Origin: an uncultured Acidobacteriaceae bacterium
Lineage (GTDB): Bacteria; Acidobacteriota; Terriglobia; Terriglobales; Acidobacteriaceae
Assembly: GCA_963709835.1 (NCBI GenBank)
Contig: CAVPYG010000089.1
Coordinates: forward strand, 11,687 to 75,686
Direction: 5' to 3'
Length of the DNA: 64,000 nt
The position numbers were made by a program, and so were the translations under genes. Shown here one piece after another: positions 1 to 8,939 of the stretch (positions within the stretch are counted from its first letter, which is position 1; each line of letters begins with the position of its first letter). The notes under the pieces were generated by a model. The model made no database searches and had not been told where the DNA came from. It was given only the letters and a program-made list of their open reading frames with translations.

Positions 1-1
1 C

Positions 2-1603
2 GGTCTCGATCTTCACTCTGACGACCGCCTGGAGCGCGAACTCAACCGCATTCTCGACGCCAGCAACGCCCTTGAACTCGCCGCCTTGCAGCAGTCCAAC
101 GGCGTCGCCGAACCGAAGACCGAGCCCGCCCCCATCGATGAGGCCAACGATCTCACTCCAACGGTCAACAACAACGTCAAAGCCAAAGCCGAGGCCGAGA
201 TCAAGCTCACGCATTCCGACCTGCCGCTGATGATGACCGACCAGGTCGCCGGCTACATCAACTACTTTTCCACCCGCGGACGTGGCACCGTCGAACACGC
301 GCTCGCCCGCTCCGGCCGCTACGAAGACATGATCCGCCGAACCTTCCGTGAGGAGGGCGTGCCCCAGGACCTGATCTATCTGGCCGAGGCCGAGTCCGGA
401 TTCCATCCGCTGGCGGTTTCCCGCGCCGGGGCTCGCGGCATGTGGCAGTTCATGGGGCTTCGCGCCAAAGGCTACGGACTCCAGCGCAACTTTTGGGTTG
501 ATGACCGCCAGGACCCGGAAAAGGCCACCCGCGCAGCCGGTCGTCATTTGAAGGACCTCTACAACCAGTTTGGGGACTGGTACCTGGCCATGGCGGCCTA
601 CAATTCCGGCCCTGGGACGGTGCAGAGCGCGGTCAAGCGCACCGGCTACGCCGATTTTTGGGAGCTCTACAACCGCAACGTGCTGCCCAAGGAGACCCGC
701 AACTACGTCCCTATCATCCTTGCTGTCACCATCATGGCGAAGAATCCCGAGCAGTACGGGCTGGACACGGTGGTCAAGGAGAAGCCGGTTGCTTACGACA
801 CGGTCAAGATCGACTATGCCATTGATCTTAGGTTAGTTGCTGAGTGCGTGGACGCTACGCCTCAGGATTTGCTTGACCTCAACCCCAGCTTGCTGCGGCT
901 GGCTACTCCGAAAGTTACTGATAATAGTAAGGATCGGGGATTCGAATTGCACCTGCCTGTGGGGACGGCGGATAAGTTCCAGACGGCGGTTGCGGCCATT
1001 CCGGCGGACAAGCGCGTCTCGTGGCGGTATCATAAAGTGTTGACGGGAGAGAGTTTAGGCTCGCTGTCGCGGGCTTATGGGATACCTATCAAGTCGATCG
1101 TTGCGGCCAATCATCTGGACGACAATACGCTTGAGCCGGACAGTCAGCTCATCATCCCGTTCGCCGCCAGTAGGGTAAGCGATTCAAGCACTTACGCGCA
1201 CGCACTCACGCATTACAGGGTGCGTCCGGGGGATACGGTGGAGTCGGTGGCGGAGAATTTTGGCGTTTCTCCGAAGATGCTGCGTGGGTGGAACCGCATT
1301 AAAAACAACAGCTTAGAGGGAAAGAAGGTGCTGTTTCTGCACCTGCCGGTGAGTCCGTCAGCGGAGGGAAAAGTGGCTTCCAGCAAGCATTCTAGCGCTG
1401 CCCACCACGTCGCGACTAGCGCCGCAGCCAGTTCGGTTCCGGCGAATCCAGCGACCGTTAAGCATCACACCGTGCAGCCGGGCGATACCTTGTATTCGAT
1501 CGCTAAGTTATACAAAACAACGGTCGAAGCTCTGGAGCGGGACAACGAGAACGTGGCCATCCTGCGGCCGGGAATGATCCTCGTGGTTAGAGACGGGCGC
1601 TAA
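2..1603 (+). CDS. mltD: Lytic murein transglycosylase D-like protein (SLT domain + 3 LysM repeats); 5' end lies outside the window
   Basis: Frame is open from base 2. SLT motif 'AEAESGFHPLAVSRAGARGMWQFM'. Three LysM-like repeats ('YHKVLTGESLGSLSRAYGI', 'HYRVRPGDTVESVAENFGV', 'HHTVQPGDTLYSIAKLYKT'). Confidence 0.85.
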   Translation, partial: GLDLHSDDRLERELNRILDASNALELAALQQSNGVAEPKTEPAPIDEANDLTPTVNNNVKAKAEAEIKLTHSDLPLMMTDQVAGYINYFSTRGRGTVEHALARSGRYEDMIRRTFREEGVPQDLIYLAEAESGFHPLAVSRAGARGMWQFMGLRAKGYGLQRNFWVDDRQDPEKATRAAGRHLKDLYNQFGDWYLAMAAYNSGPGTVQSAVKRTGYADFWELYNRNVLPKETRNYVPIILAVTIMAKNPEQYGLDTVVKEKPVAYDTVKIDYAIDLRLVAECVDATPQDLLDLNPSLLRLATPKVTDNSKDRGFELHLPVGTADKFQTAVAAIPADKRVSWRYHKVLTGESLGSLSRAYGIPIKSIVAANHLDDNTLEPDSQLIIPFAASRVSDSSTYAHALTHYRVRPGDTVESVAENFGVSPKMLRGWNRIKNNSLEGKKVLFLHLPVSPSAEGKVASSKHSSAAHHVATSAAASSVPANPATVKHHTVQPGDTLYSIAKLYKTTVEALERDNENVAILRPGMILVVRDGR

Positions 1604-1904
1604 GGGCGACAATCCGGCGGGTGGACAACCGGATTAACTTGTTTCCCGATTCCTGCCAGGTCCGTTTTTTTGCGGTCATCTGTTCTCCTTTTGTTCGCCA
1701 AAAAATAAATATTTTGATGGTGGGTTGGCGGGAGGGATTTTTTGGGGTTTTCTGGCTTCCTGGGGCGTTTGCCGGTTGGTAGTTGGAGTGCCCTCTTCCC
1801 TGCCATGCCTATTTGAATCAAGACTTTAGCTGGATTTTTCTGGCAAAGTATTGAATGGAAATGACTTAGAAGTAAGGTGTTGATTGCCTTGGACTTAGGT
1901 GCGC

Positions 1905-2170
1905 TTCCGACTGCTCCTTTGGGCTCCGGGAGGGGCGGTTTTGCTTCCTGCTGGCGTTGGACCCCCATTTCGTCCCGAGCAAAAAGTCAAGCTTGACAAA
2001 ACCGGGGCTGGGAGAGGGGGGGTCTCTTCTTGGGTGGTGGTCTGTTGGCTCTGGCGTTGGAACTGCCCCGCTGGGGCAAAAAAGGACGGTTCGAGTGGTG
2101 CGCCCGACCTTTTTGTGCTGAGGTTCGAACTGCCCACTCAAGCCAAAAGACGGCTTGAATGGGCCACCAA
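1905..2170. repeat. Composite REP-like dispersed repeat (copy 1), upstream flank of vapBC
   Basis: 1981-2110 aligns by eye with 3127-3250 ('aaaaagtcaagcttgacaaaaccggggc.gggagaggggggg...ggctctg..gttggaactg.ccc'). Sub-units 'ctg.ggtt.gaac' recur at about 1950, 2050 and 2120. ORFs called here are translations of the repeat. Confidence 0.7.
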
Positions 2171-2196
2171 CCAAGAAAACTCCTACTTGTCATGTG

Positions 2197-2225
2197 TTGA
2201 CGGACTTTACAAGCTCTGTCATACT
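2197..2225 (+). promoter_or_regulatory. Candidate sigma70-type promoter for vapBC (TTGACG-17 nt-CATACT), implying a near-leaderless transcript
   Basis: TTGACG at 2197-2202, a 17-nt spacer, CATACT at 2220-2225, and the ATG of vapB at 2233. TGTCA direct repeats overlap the -10 region and are possible antitoxin operators. Confidence 0.3.
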
Positions 2226-2232
2226 GTCACAT

Positions 2233-2508
2233 ATGAGTATGACTGAGAAGATCGAGACCGTATGGTTCACGACGAAGGGGCAGGTCGTCATCCCATTTCG
2301 CCTGCGCAAACAATTCGACATCGAGGACGGGACAAAGGCCGTGGTTCAAGCCACACCGGAGGGAATCCTTCTCAAGCCAATGACCGCTGCGCTGATCAAG
2401 CGCGGGCGCGGCATCCTCAAGCGCACACCAGGAGGCAAGCCGCTGACGGAGGACTGGGCCGAGCACAAGAAGCAGGAACGGGCACTCGAGGAGCGCCATG
2501 CCGGCTAA
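2233..2508 (+). CDS. vapB: AbrB/SpoVT-fold antitoxin (VapB-like)
   Basis: 'TKGQVVIPFRLRKQFDIEDGTKAVVQATPEGILLKP' is a typical SpoVT/AbrB swapped-hairpin motif. Overlaps the downstream PIN gene by 11 nt. The internal ATG at 2233 is preferred over the track start at 2155. Confidence 0.8.
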   Translation: MSMTEKIETVWFTTKGQVVIPFRLRKQFDIEDGTKAVVQATPEGILLKPMTAALIKRGRGILKRTPGGKPLTEDWAEHKKQERALEERHAG

Positions 2509-2899
2509 GGTGCTCGACAGCTTCGCGCTGATCGCCTACTTCCGCGACGAGCCGGGCGCGGAGACGATTGAAGATCTGCTCATCTCCGCCGGAAAGAAGG
2601 ACAGCCCGCTCCTGATGAGCGATGTGAACTACGCCGAGGTGAAGTACTCCATCGTGAAGAAAGACGGCGCGGCGGCGTGGGCGGAGGCCGCGAAGGTCCT
2701 TCCGGGCCTGCCGATTGATTTTCATTCGACGACCCGCGCGCTGGCCGACACCGCGGCCGATTTCAAGGCGCGTTTCAAAATGAGTTTGGCCGACGCCTTT
2801 GGCGCTGCGCTGGCAAAGGAAAGGAAGGCTGAACTCGTCACCGGCGACCTGGAATTCAGGGCGCTCGAAAAGGAAATAAAAATTCACTGGCTGAAATAA
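2498..2899 (+). CDS. vapC: PIN-domain toxin (VapC-like ribonuclease)
   Basis: 133 aa. N-terminal 'VLDSFALIAYF' (first PIN acidic residue) and C-terminal 'LADAFGAALAKERKAELVTGD'. Overlapping antitoxin gene upstream. Confidence 0.8.
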   Translation: MPAKVLDSFALIAYFRDEPGAETIEDLLISAGKKDSPLLMSDVNYAEVKYSIVKKDGAAAWAEAAKVLPGLPIDFHSTTRALADTAADFKARFKMSLADAFGAALAKERKAELVTGDLEFRALEKEIKIHWLK

Positions 2900-3126
2900 T
2901 CGCAGGCAGGTGGCCCAGCCTTCCCCGCGCTCTGTTCTTCTTTTCCCAAAACCAAACTTGGGTGCCTCATCCTTGCGTTCTTTGCAAGCGTGGACCGCGA
3001 ATGCAGCCGATGCACTTCGTTTCTATCGTGCGCAACCTAATCGCGCAGGTTTCATAGGGTGATCTCACTGCCGCCCACCCACGGTGTTGCTTATGTCGGC
3101 GAGATCAAAAGCCTGGGCCACCCGCC

Positions 3127-3250
3127 AAAAAGTCAAGCTTGACAAAACCGGGGCCGGGAGAGGGGGGGGTCTTTTCTTGCGTGATGGCTTTTTGGCTCTG
3201 AGGTTGGAACTGGCCCGCTCACGCAAGAGAAGGTTGATTGGGCGCCCGCC
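3127..3250. repeat. REP-like dispersed repeat (copy 2), downstream flank of vapBC
   Basis: Direct-orientation copy of 1981-2110, with roughly 85% identity over the first ~95 nt by eye. Confidence 0.7.
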
Positions 3251-3291
3251 GGTCGCGGTTTGGGTGGGAAGAACAAACGTCGGGCCGACTG

Positions 3292-3690
3292 CTACCTTAA
3301 GACGGCAGCCTTTATTCGCTCCAGCGTCGCTGGCTTGCTAACGCGGCATTCCTTCACCCTTACGACGATCCATCCGTCGCGTCTGAGAGATTGTGATACG
3401 CGGCGGTCCCTGCGTTTGTTGGTCTCGATCTTGTTGCGCCAGAACTTGGTGTTGGTGCGCGGTAGGTATTTGCAGCGGCAGCCATGCCAAAAGCACCCGT
3501 CCACGAAGACGGCCACTTTGCGTCCTGGCCAAGCGAAGTCGGGTTTCCCGACGACCGGCCAGTGCTTGCGGTAGCCCCTTAGATTAGCGTCCCAGAGTAA
3601 TCTCCCGAGCGGCAACTCGGTCGTTGTATTGCCGCGGGAGTGAATCGCCGCCATAATCTTGGACCGGATTTTCTTTGAGACGTGATCCAC
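3292..3690 (-). CDS. vsr: Very-short-patch repair endonuclease (Vsr)
   Basis: 'SKIMAAIHSRGNTTTE', 'GKPDFAWPGRKVAVFVDGCFWHGC' and 'TNTKFWRNKIETNKRRD' are hallmark Vsr motifs. Lies 9 nt downstream of the REase gene. Confidence 0.9.
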   Translation of the reverse strand: MDHVSKKIRSKIMAAIHSRGNTTTELPLGRLLWDANLRGYRKHWPVVGKPDFAWPGRKVAVFVDGCFWHGCRCKYLPRTNTKFWRNKIETNKRRDRRVSQSLRRDGWIVVRVKECRVSKPATLERIKAAVLR

Positions 3691-3699
3691 GGGGCGTGC

Positions 3700-4521
3700 C
3701 TACCGCTTTGCGTAAAGCTTGAGGTCATCGGCACTGATTTGGTCGGACGGCACGAGCCGATAGTGCTTCTCCTCCACGAGCTTCACATCTTCGCCGTCCA
3801 GCGCCAACTCGAACATGGCGATCACTTCGTCCGCCATGAACTGCGCGGCGATGGGGCGGCACGTGAGACCGGAAAATTTCTCGCGACAGCATGCGAGATC
3901 TTGTGCGGTTTGAACAACACTGAGGCGGTCGTTCCCACCTTTTGCTTGGACTGGAAGTGCAAATTGCTGTCCGTTCTTGTTCACACCGACGTAGATTTCG
4001 TCGATCTCGATCTGGGAGTCTCCCATGGCCTTGACCGTCGTTCGGAGATGGTTTTGGAGCGAATACGTCGTCAGTCCCAGAAAGGTATCGATCAGGCGGT
4101 TGTAGCGCACCTTGGCAAGCAACGCCTGTTCGTCACTCAGGGCGTACGTCGAAATGATCTCGGGTGTTGCATCGGGAATCTTGATTGCGATCATGTTCGG
4201 ATTGGGAACGATGTTCGCAAGCTTCGTTAGTCTGAAACGATACAGGGCGCGGCCTGCCAATTCGATGACCCACTCCATACCCTTTGGAGCCGTGCAAAGG
4301 ATCTCGGGCGGTAAGGCCGTTCTGAAACGAAAAGAGTAGATGGTGTCGCCCAAGTTCTTAGGCAGATCGATGCCCAGTGAACTCGCGATCTCAACGAACT
4401 CGTCGCGGGAAAACTCGAAGTGCGTCTTGCCGGGCTTGTAATGATTCTTGAAGATAGTCCCGATGATCGCAGAGTAGCGATTCGGCTTCTTTCGGCTCTC
4501 AGTGGAACTCTTTTCAGCCAT
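3700..4521 (-). CDS. Putative type II restriction endonuclease (family not recognised)
   Basis: Sits between a C5-MTase and Vsr on the same strand. Its ATG at 4521 overlaps the MTase stop by 8 nt. Possible PD-(D/E)xK-like 'IEIDEIYVG...LPVQAKGG'. The call is positional, with no family match I can name. Confidence 0.55.
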   Translation of the reverse strand: MAEKSSTESRKKPNRYSAIIGTIFKNHYKPGKTHFEFSRDEFVEIASSLGIDLPKNLGDTIYSFRFRTALPPEILCTAPKGMEWVIELAGRALYRFRLTKLANIVPNPNMIAIKIPDATPEIISTYALSDEQALLAKVRYNRLIDTFLGLTTYSLQNHLRTTVKAMGDSQIEIDEIYVGVNKNGQQFALPVQAKGGNDRLSVVQTAQDLACCREKFSGLTCRPIAAQFMADEVIAMFELALDGEDVKLVEEKHYRLVPSDQISADDLKLYAKR

Positions 4522-5821
4522 GCGCTTCGGTCCTCTGTTCGATTCGGATGCGCTTCGGGACAACGTCGGACGGCACGCCATAGTGCCGGGCGGCGGCGGA
4601 CATGTCGAGCGACAGGAGGTGCTCGTTGCCCTGGATGGTGGGACGTCCCGCCTTCTTGGGGACGGAGAACGCCTCGCGGACCTTTGATGCGACCGCTCTT
4701 GCGAGCAGCGGCGGGACGGAGTTGCCGATTTGCCGGAAGCCGTGCCACTTGGTCACATGAAAACGAAACCAGTCGGGATAGGAGTGCAAGCGCGCTGCCT
4801 CGCGGACGGTGATGCAGCGCGCGGAAAAGGGATGGATGGGCCGTGGCGAAGTAAACGCGCCGTGATCGCTGGCGGTCCCGGCGCGAATCGTGTTGCAGAT
4901 GCCATTGGGATCGAGTTTATGAAAACGGCTGACGGGTTCAGTGTCGCCGGGCCGCGTTTCTAGAAAACGCCTTTTCGACAGATCGGTATGCACGGTGCGC
5001 AGACTAGAGGTCAGCAAGCTTCCATCGAATTCGCGAGGTTCGGAGTAGTCTTCGGGATCGTCCGCATCTCCGCGCAAGGGGGCGCTGTATTTGGTGGGCC
5101 GTTTGAACTTCGCCTTGACCCAATCGCGATGTAACAGCTCTTCGAAATCGTCCGCTTCGGGAAGGTCTCGCAATGCGTCCCAAACGGTCGGGGCGGGTTG
5201 AAGAAACAGACTGCCCACACGGCCATTGCCGTTCTTGGGCGCTTGGTGGGTGGCTTCGGGATATTTCGGCAGCGGAAATCCCTTGCGCGCTCCCATAAGG
5301 AAAAGACGCTGCCGGTTCTGTGGCACTCCGTGATGGGCGGCGTTAAGCACCTGGTAATCTTCCAGCACCCGGTAGCCGTTCCTGCCGAATTCTTCAATGA
5401 TCTCTTCAAGGAATTTCTTGTGCGTGCCGACGGTCAATCCACGAACGTTTTCGAAGACGAAGTAAGACGCCTTCAGCTCGACGACCAAGCGGACAAAGTG
5501 GTACACGAGAGAATTTCGCGGGTCGTCGAGGGCGCGTTTGCCGATCATGCTGAAACCCTGGCAGGGCGCGCCACCGAAGACAACATCCACGGTTCGATCG
5601 CCAATACGGGAACGGTCGCGTATATATTTCGCGTCTATGTCGGCAACGCTTCGACAAATGGCCGCGCAGCGTGGAAAATTGAATTCGTGGGTCGCGCAAT
5701 GGATCGGGTCGTATTCCACAGCGGCAGCCACGTCGAATCCCGCCTGCTCGAAGCCGAGACTCATCCCGCCAGCGCCGGCGAACAGATCGATACCTGTTGG
5801 TATTCTTCCGATTGCGCTCAT
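4514..5821 (-). CDS. DNA (cytosine-5)-methyltransferase
   Basis: Motif I 'DLFAGAGGMSLGF', motif IV 'GGAPCQGFS', motif VI 'ENVRGL', motif VIII 'QNRQRLF', motif X 'GNSVPP'. Confidence 0.95.
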   Translation of the reverse strand: MSAIGRIPTGIDLFAGAGGMSLGFEQAGFDVAAAVEYDPIHCATHEFNFPRCAAICRSVADIDAKYIRDRSRIGDRTVDVVFGGAPCQGFSMIGKRALDDPRNSLVYHFVRLVVELKASYFVFENVRGLTVGTHKKFLEEIIEEFGRNGYRVLEDYQVLNAAHHGVPQNRQRLFLMGARKGFPLPKYPEATHQAPKNGNGRVGSLFLQPAPTVWDALRDLPEADDFEELLHRDWVKAKFKRPTKYSAPLRGDADDPEDYSEPREFDGSLLTSSLRTVHTDLSKRRFLETRPGDTEPVSRFHKLDPNGICNTIRAGTASDHGAFTSPRPIHPFSARCITVREAARLHSYPDWFRFHVTKWHGFRQIGNSVPPLLARAVASKVREAFSVPKKAGRPTIQGNEHLLSLDMSAAARHYGVPSDVVPKRIRIEQRTEAHG

Positions 5822-6125
5822 TCAAAGAACTTCTTGGCGAACATTATGGCTTAGTTCCGATTCTATGGCGAAGTGGACCGCCGATCAAATGGAACCGGGC
5901 CATGCCCGAAGCCAATCGGTCGAACATCCGTCACCCCATCAGCCTCTGGCCTTCTTCATCACGCCCGGATGAGTTCAGCCGTGCTTGAGAGTGAGAAGGG
6001 GGAGACGGAGAGCGTCTTACGGGAAAGTTGCGGCGGGGGAGCTGGGCGGACAAGAGTGTCCGCCGTACACGGGCGGCGGGGCGGGCGGGGGCGGGCCACG
6101 CTCCGGCTACCGCTCAGGGCAGGTT

Positions 6126-6165
6126 GTCTCGAAAAGCGCGAGACGTGGGGCGCGCGGCATTTCCC
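6126..6165. repeat. REP-like element (shares a core with 13511-13560)
   Basis: 'tctcgaaaagcgcgagacgtgg' here versus 'tctcgaaaagcgcgagaagtgg' at about 13516. Lies in a repeat-rich intergenic region (5822-6285) that also contains (tcaaag)3 at 6183-6202. Confidence 0.6.
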
Positions 6166-6285
6166 TGGTTAGAAAAAATCAAGATCAAAGTCAAAGTCAA
6201 AGGCAGCGGGCGAGGGCGCCCGCTCCACACTAGGAGCACGAGACTTGGGGCACCCGGCACCATTCCTCGATTCATGCTCGCCGAG

Positions 6286-7671
6286 TCACGGGAGCGGGGT
6301 GAAGCGGGCTTGGAAGAAGCGGAGGTATTTGGGTTCGTAGGTCATGCGCAGTCCCTTCACTTTTGAACGTTCGGCGTAGACGGCGGCTACGGATTCGGAC
6401 ACCACATCCATGTGGGCCTGAGTGTAGACGCGGCGGGGAATGGTGAGGCGGACGAGTTCGAGGCGGGGGGCGTTGTCGGCTCCGGTGTCGCGATTTCTCC
6501 CGGCGGAGACGATGCCACGCTCCATGGAACGGACTCCGGAATCGAGATAGATGGCGGCGGCGAGGGCTTGCGCGGGATAGCTCGACTGCGGCAGGTGGGG
6601 GAGGAATGCCTTGGCATCGAGGAAGATGCCGTGGCCTCCGATGGGGACGACGATGGGGACGGAGGCTTCCATGAGCTTCTTGCCGAGGTACTCGATCTGG
6701 CCGATGCGGGCGCGGATGTGATCGTCGTGGACGGACTCCTCGATGCCGGTGGCGAGGGCTTCCATGTCGCGTCCGGCCATGCCTCCGTAGGTGTGGAGGC
6801 CTTCGTAGACTACGGCGAGATTGCTGGCGTCGTCGTAGATGGTCTGGTCGTTGACGGCGAGGAAGCCTCCGATATTGACGAGCGCATCTTTTTTGGCGCT
6901 CATGGTGCAACCGTCGGTCTGATCGCAGATCTCGCGCAGGATGGATTGGATGGAGCGGTCGCGGTATCCGGGCTCACGTTGCTGGATGAAGTAGGCGTTT
7001 TCGACGGCGCGGGCGGCATCGAGAATCACGCGAATGCCGTGCTGCGAGCAGAGGGCGCGGACCTGCTTGAGGTTGGCGAGGGAGATGGGCTGACCTCCGG
7101 CCATGTTGACGGTGGCGGCCACGCTGACGTAGGGGATTTTGGCGGCTCCGTGCTGCTGGATGACGGCGGCTAGCTTTTGGAGATCGACGTCGCCTTTGAA
7201 GGGGTGAGTGCTGGCGGGGTCGTGGGCCTGGTCGATGATGATATCGACGAAGGTGCCTCCGGCGAGCTCCTGATGCAGGCGGGTGGTGGTGAAGTACATG
7301 TTTCCGGGGACGACGTCGCCGGGCTTGATGAGGACTTTGGAGATGAGGTTTTCGGCGCCGCGTCCCTGGTGGGTGGGGACGACGTGCTTGTATCCATAGT
7401 AGGTCTGGACGGCGTGCTCCATGCGGTAGAAGCTGCGGCTGCCGGCGTAGGCTTCGTCGCCGAGCATCATGGAGGCCCACTGGCGGTCGCTCATGGCGGA
7501 AGTGCCGGAGTCGGTCAGCAGGTCGATATAGACGTCTTCCGATCGCAGGAGAAAGGTGTTGTAGCCGGCGGCTTGGAGGGCGTGCTGGCGTTCTTCGGGG
7601 GTGGTGAGTTTTACCGCCTCCACCACTTTGATCTTGAAGGGTTCGGCCCAACTTCGGCGCTGGTCTGGCAT
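6286..7671 (-). CDS. Beta-eliminating lyase, tyrosine phenol-lyase-like (TPL/tryptophanase family, PLP-dependent)
   Basis: 'EPFKIKVVE', 'YIDLLTDSGTSAMSD', 'THQGRGAEN', 'GNMYFTTTR', 'SAKKDALVNIGGF', 'SMERGIVSAGRN', 'LTIPRRVYTQAHMD'. Several motifs are closer to TPL than to TnaA as I remember them. Start chosen at 'MPDQRRSWAEPF'. Confidence 0.85.
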   Translation of the reverse strand: MPDQRRSWAEPFKIKVVEAVKLTTPEERQHALQAAGYNTFLLRSEDVYIDLLTDSGTSAMSDRQWASMMLGDEAYAGSRSFYRMEHAVQTYYGYKHVVPTHQGRGAENLISKVLIKPGDVVPGNMYFTTTRLHQELAGGTFVDIIIDQAHDPASTHPFKGDVDLQKLAAVIQQHGAAKIPYVSVAATVNMAGGQPISLANLKQVRALCSQHGIRVILDAARAVENAYFIQQREPGYRDRSIQSILREICDQTDGCTMSAKKDALVNIGGFLAVNDQTIYDDASNLAVVYEGLHTYGGMAGRDMEALATGIEESVHDDHIRARIGQIEYLGKKLMEASVPIVVPIGGHGIFLDAKAFLPHLPQSSYPAQALAAAIYLDSGVRSMERGIVSAGRNRDTGADNAPRLELVRLTIPRRVYTQAHMDVVSESVAAVYAERSKVKGLRMTYEPKYLRFFQARFTPLP

Positions 7672-7921
7672 GGAAAGGCTCCTGGATGGATATCTGGGCC
7701 GCATACGGCGGCGTTTTGGGCAATGCGACTTTTCAATCAAAATACTTATGCGGCGCGATGTCAAACTCAAAAGGAATTAAGCTGTAATTACTATTGAGCT
7801 ACCACTGCGACATAGGAAATTAGCTAGGGGACGGTGAGTTGGACTGCGTCCTGCTCTTGAAATCCCTGAGAGTAGTTGTGGTTGATGAGATGGGCTACGG
7901 CCGGTCCTTCGGTTAATCTGC

Positions 7922-8665
7922 TCAGCCCATCAGCATTCCTCCGTTGACGTTGAGGACGTGGCCGGTGATGTAGGAGGCATCGTCGGAGGCGAGGAAGCAG
8001 ACGGCGTTGGCGATGTCTTCGGGGGTGCCGACGCGGGCTAGCGGGATCTGCTTGAGCGCGGATTGTTTGAGTTCGTCGCTGAGGACGGCGGTCATGCTGG
8101 TCTCGATGAATCCGGGAGCGACGGCGTTGCAGGTGATGTTGCGCGAGGCGACTTCGCGGGCCATGGCCATGGTGAGGCCGATGAGTCCGGCTTTGGAGGC
8201 GGCGTAGTTGGCTTGTCCGGCCTGGCCGGTCTGGCCGAAGATGCTGGTGATGTTAACGATGCGTCCCCAGCGCTGCTTGAGCATGGAGCCGATGACTTGC
8301 TGGATGCAGAGGTAGGCGGAGGTGAGGTTGGTGGCGAGGACGGCGTCCCAATCGGCGCGCTTCATGCGCATGACGAGTTGGTCGCGGGTGATGCCGGCGT
8401 TGTTGACCAGAATGTCGATCTTGCCGAATTGGGCTAGCGCCGATTTGATGCCGGACTTGACTTGCTCTTCGTCGGAGACGTCGATGACGAAGGGTGCGGA
8501 CTGGCCGCCGGCGGCTGCGATGGCGGCGGCGAGTTCGTCGAGCTTCTGGCGGTTGCGCGCGGCCAGGGCGACCGTTGCGCCTTCGCGGGCCAAGGCTTGG
8601 GCGCAGGCGTGACCGATGCCTTGGGAGGCTCCAGTGACCAGGGCTACGCGGCCGGTGAGTTTCAT
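7922..8665 (-). CDS. fabG: 3-oxoacyl-[ACP] reductase (SDR family)
   Basis: 'VALVTGASQGIG', 'NNAGI', 'YAASKAG' and 'NAVAPGFIETSMT', with a C-terminal 'GGMLMG'. 247 aa. Confidence 0.85.
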   Translation of the reverse strand: MKLTGRVALVTGASQGIGHACAQALAREGATVALAARNRQKLDELAAAIAAAGGQSAPFVIDVSDEEQVKSGIKSALAQFGKIDILVNNAGITRDQLVMRMKRADWDAVLATNLTSAYLCIQQVIGSMLKQRWGRIVNITSIFGQTGQAGQANYAASKAGLIGLTMAMAREVASRNITCNAVAPGFIETSMTAVLSDELKQSALKQIPLARVGTPEDIANAVCFLASDDASYITGHVLNVNGGMLMG

Positions 8666-8743
8666 GGGTGGTGTCCTCCTTGGGGGAAGCGAAGTTGGGA
8701 AGGGACGATTATAAACTTCGGGGAGGCGGGAGGGCAGGGTTTA

Positions 8744-8787
8744 GGTGTCAGGTGTCAGGTCGCAGTTCTCAGTTCTCGGTTCTCAGG
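8744..8787. repeat. Heptanucleotide tandem repeat (caggtgt/cagttct units)
   Basis: 'gtgtcaggtgtcaggtcgcagttctcagttctcggttctcagg' has period 7. The same unit family occurs at 13421-13465. Confidence 0.75.
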
Positions 8788-8939
8788 CATCGGGCTACAG
8801 CCGGTGGCGAAATGCGGATCCCTCGCTCCACCACCCCATCGCGCCAAAGGCTGGCGCGCTGGGGGCCCCGGTTCGCTCGGGATAACAATTCACGAAAGGC
8901 AGCGGCCGTTTACGGCGTTGCGGCTTGGAGCTTGGGCTC

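Noticed and set aside
1899-3341. ORFs 1899-2246, 1866-2174 (minus) and 3084-3341
   Set aside because: They are translations of the REP-like repeats flanking vapBC. Similar peptides arise only because the DNA repeat is duplicated.
6272-7797. ORFs overlapping the lyase gene (6272-6910, 6412-7173, 6974-7723, 7177-7797)
   Set aside because: They are out-of-frame or antisense shadows with low-complexity Arg/Pro/Gly-rich translations. The 6286-7671 minus frame carries all the family motifs.
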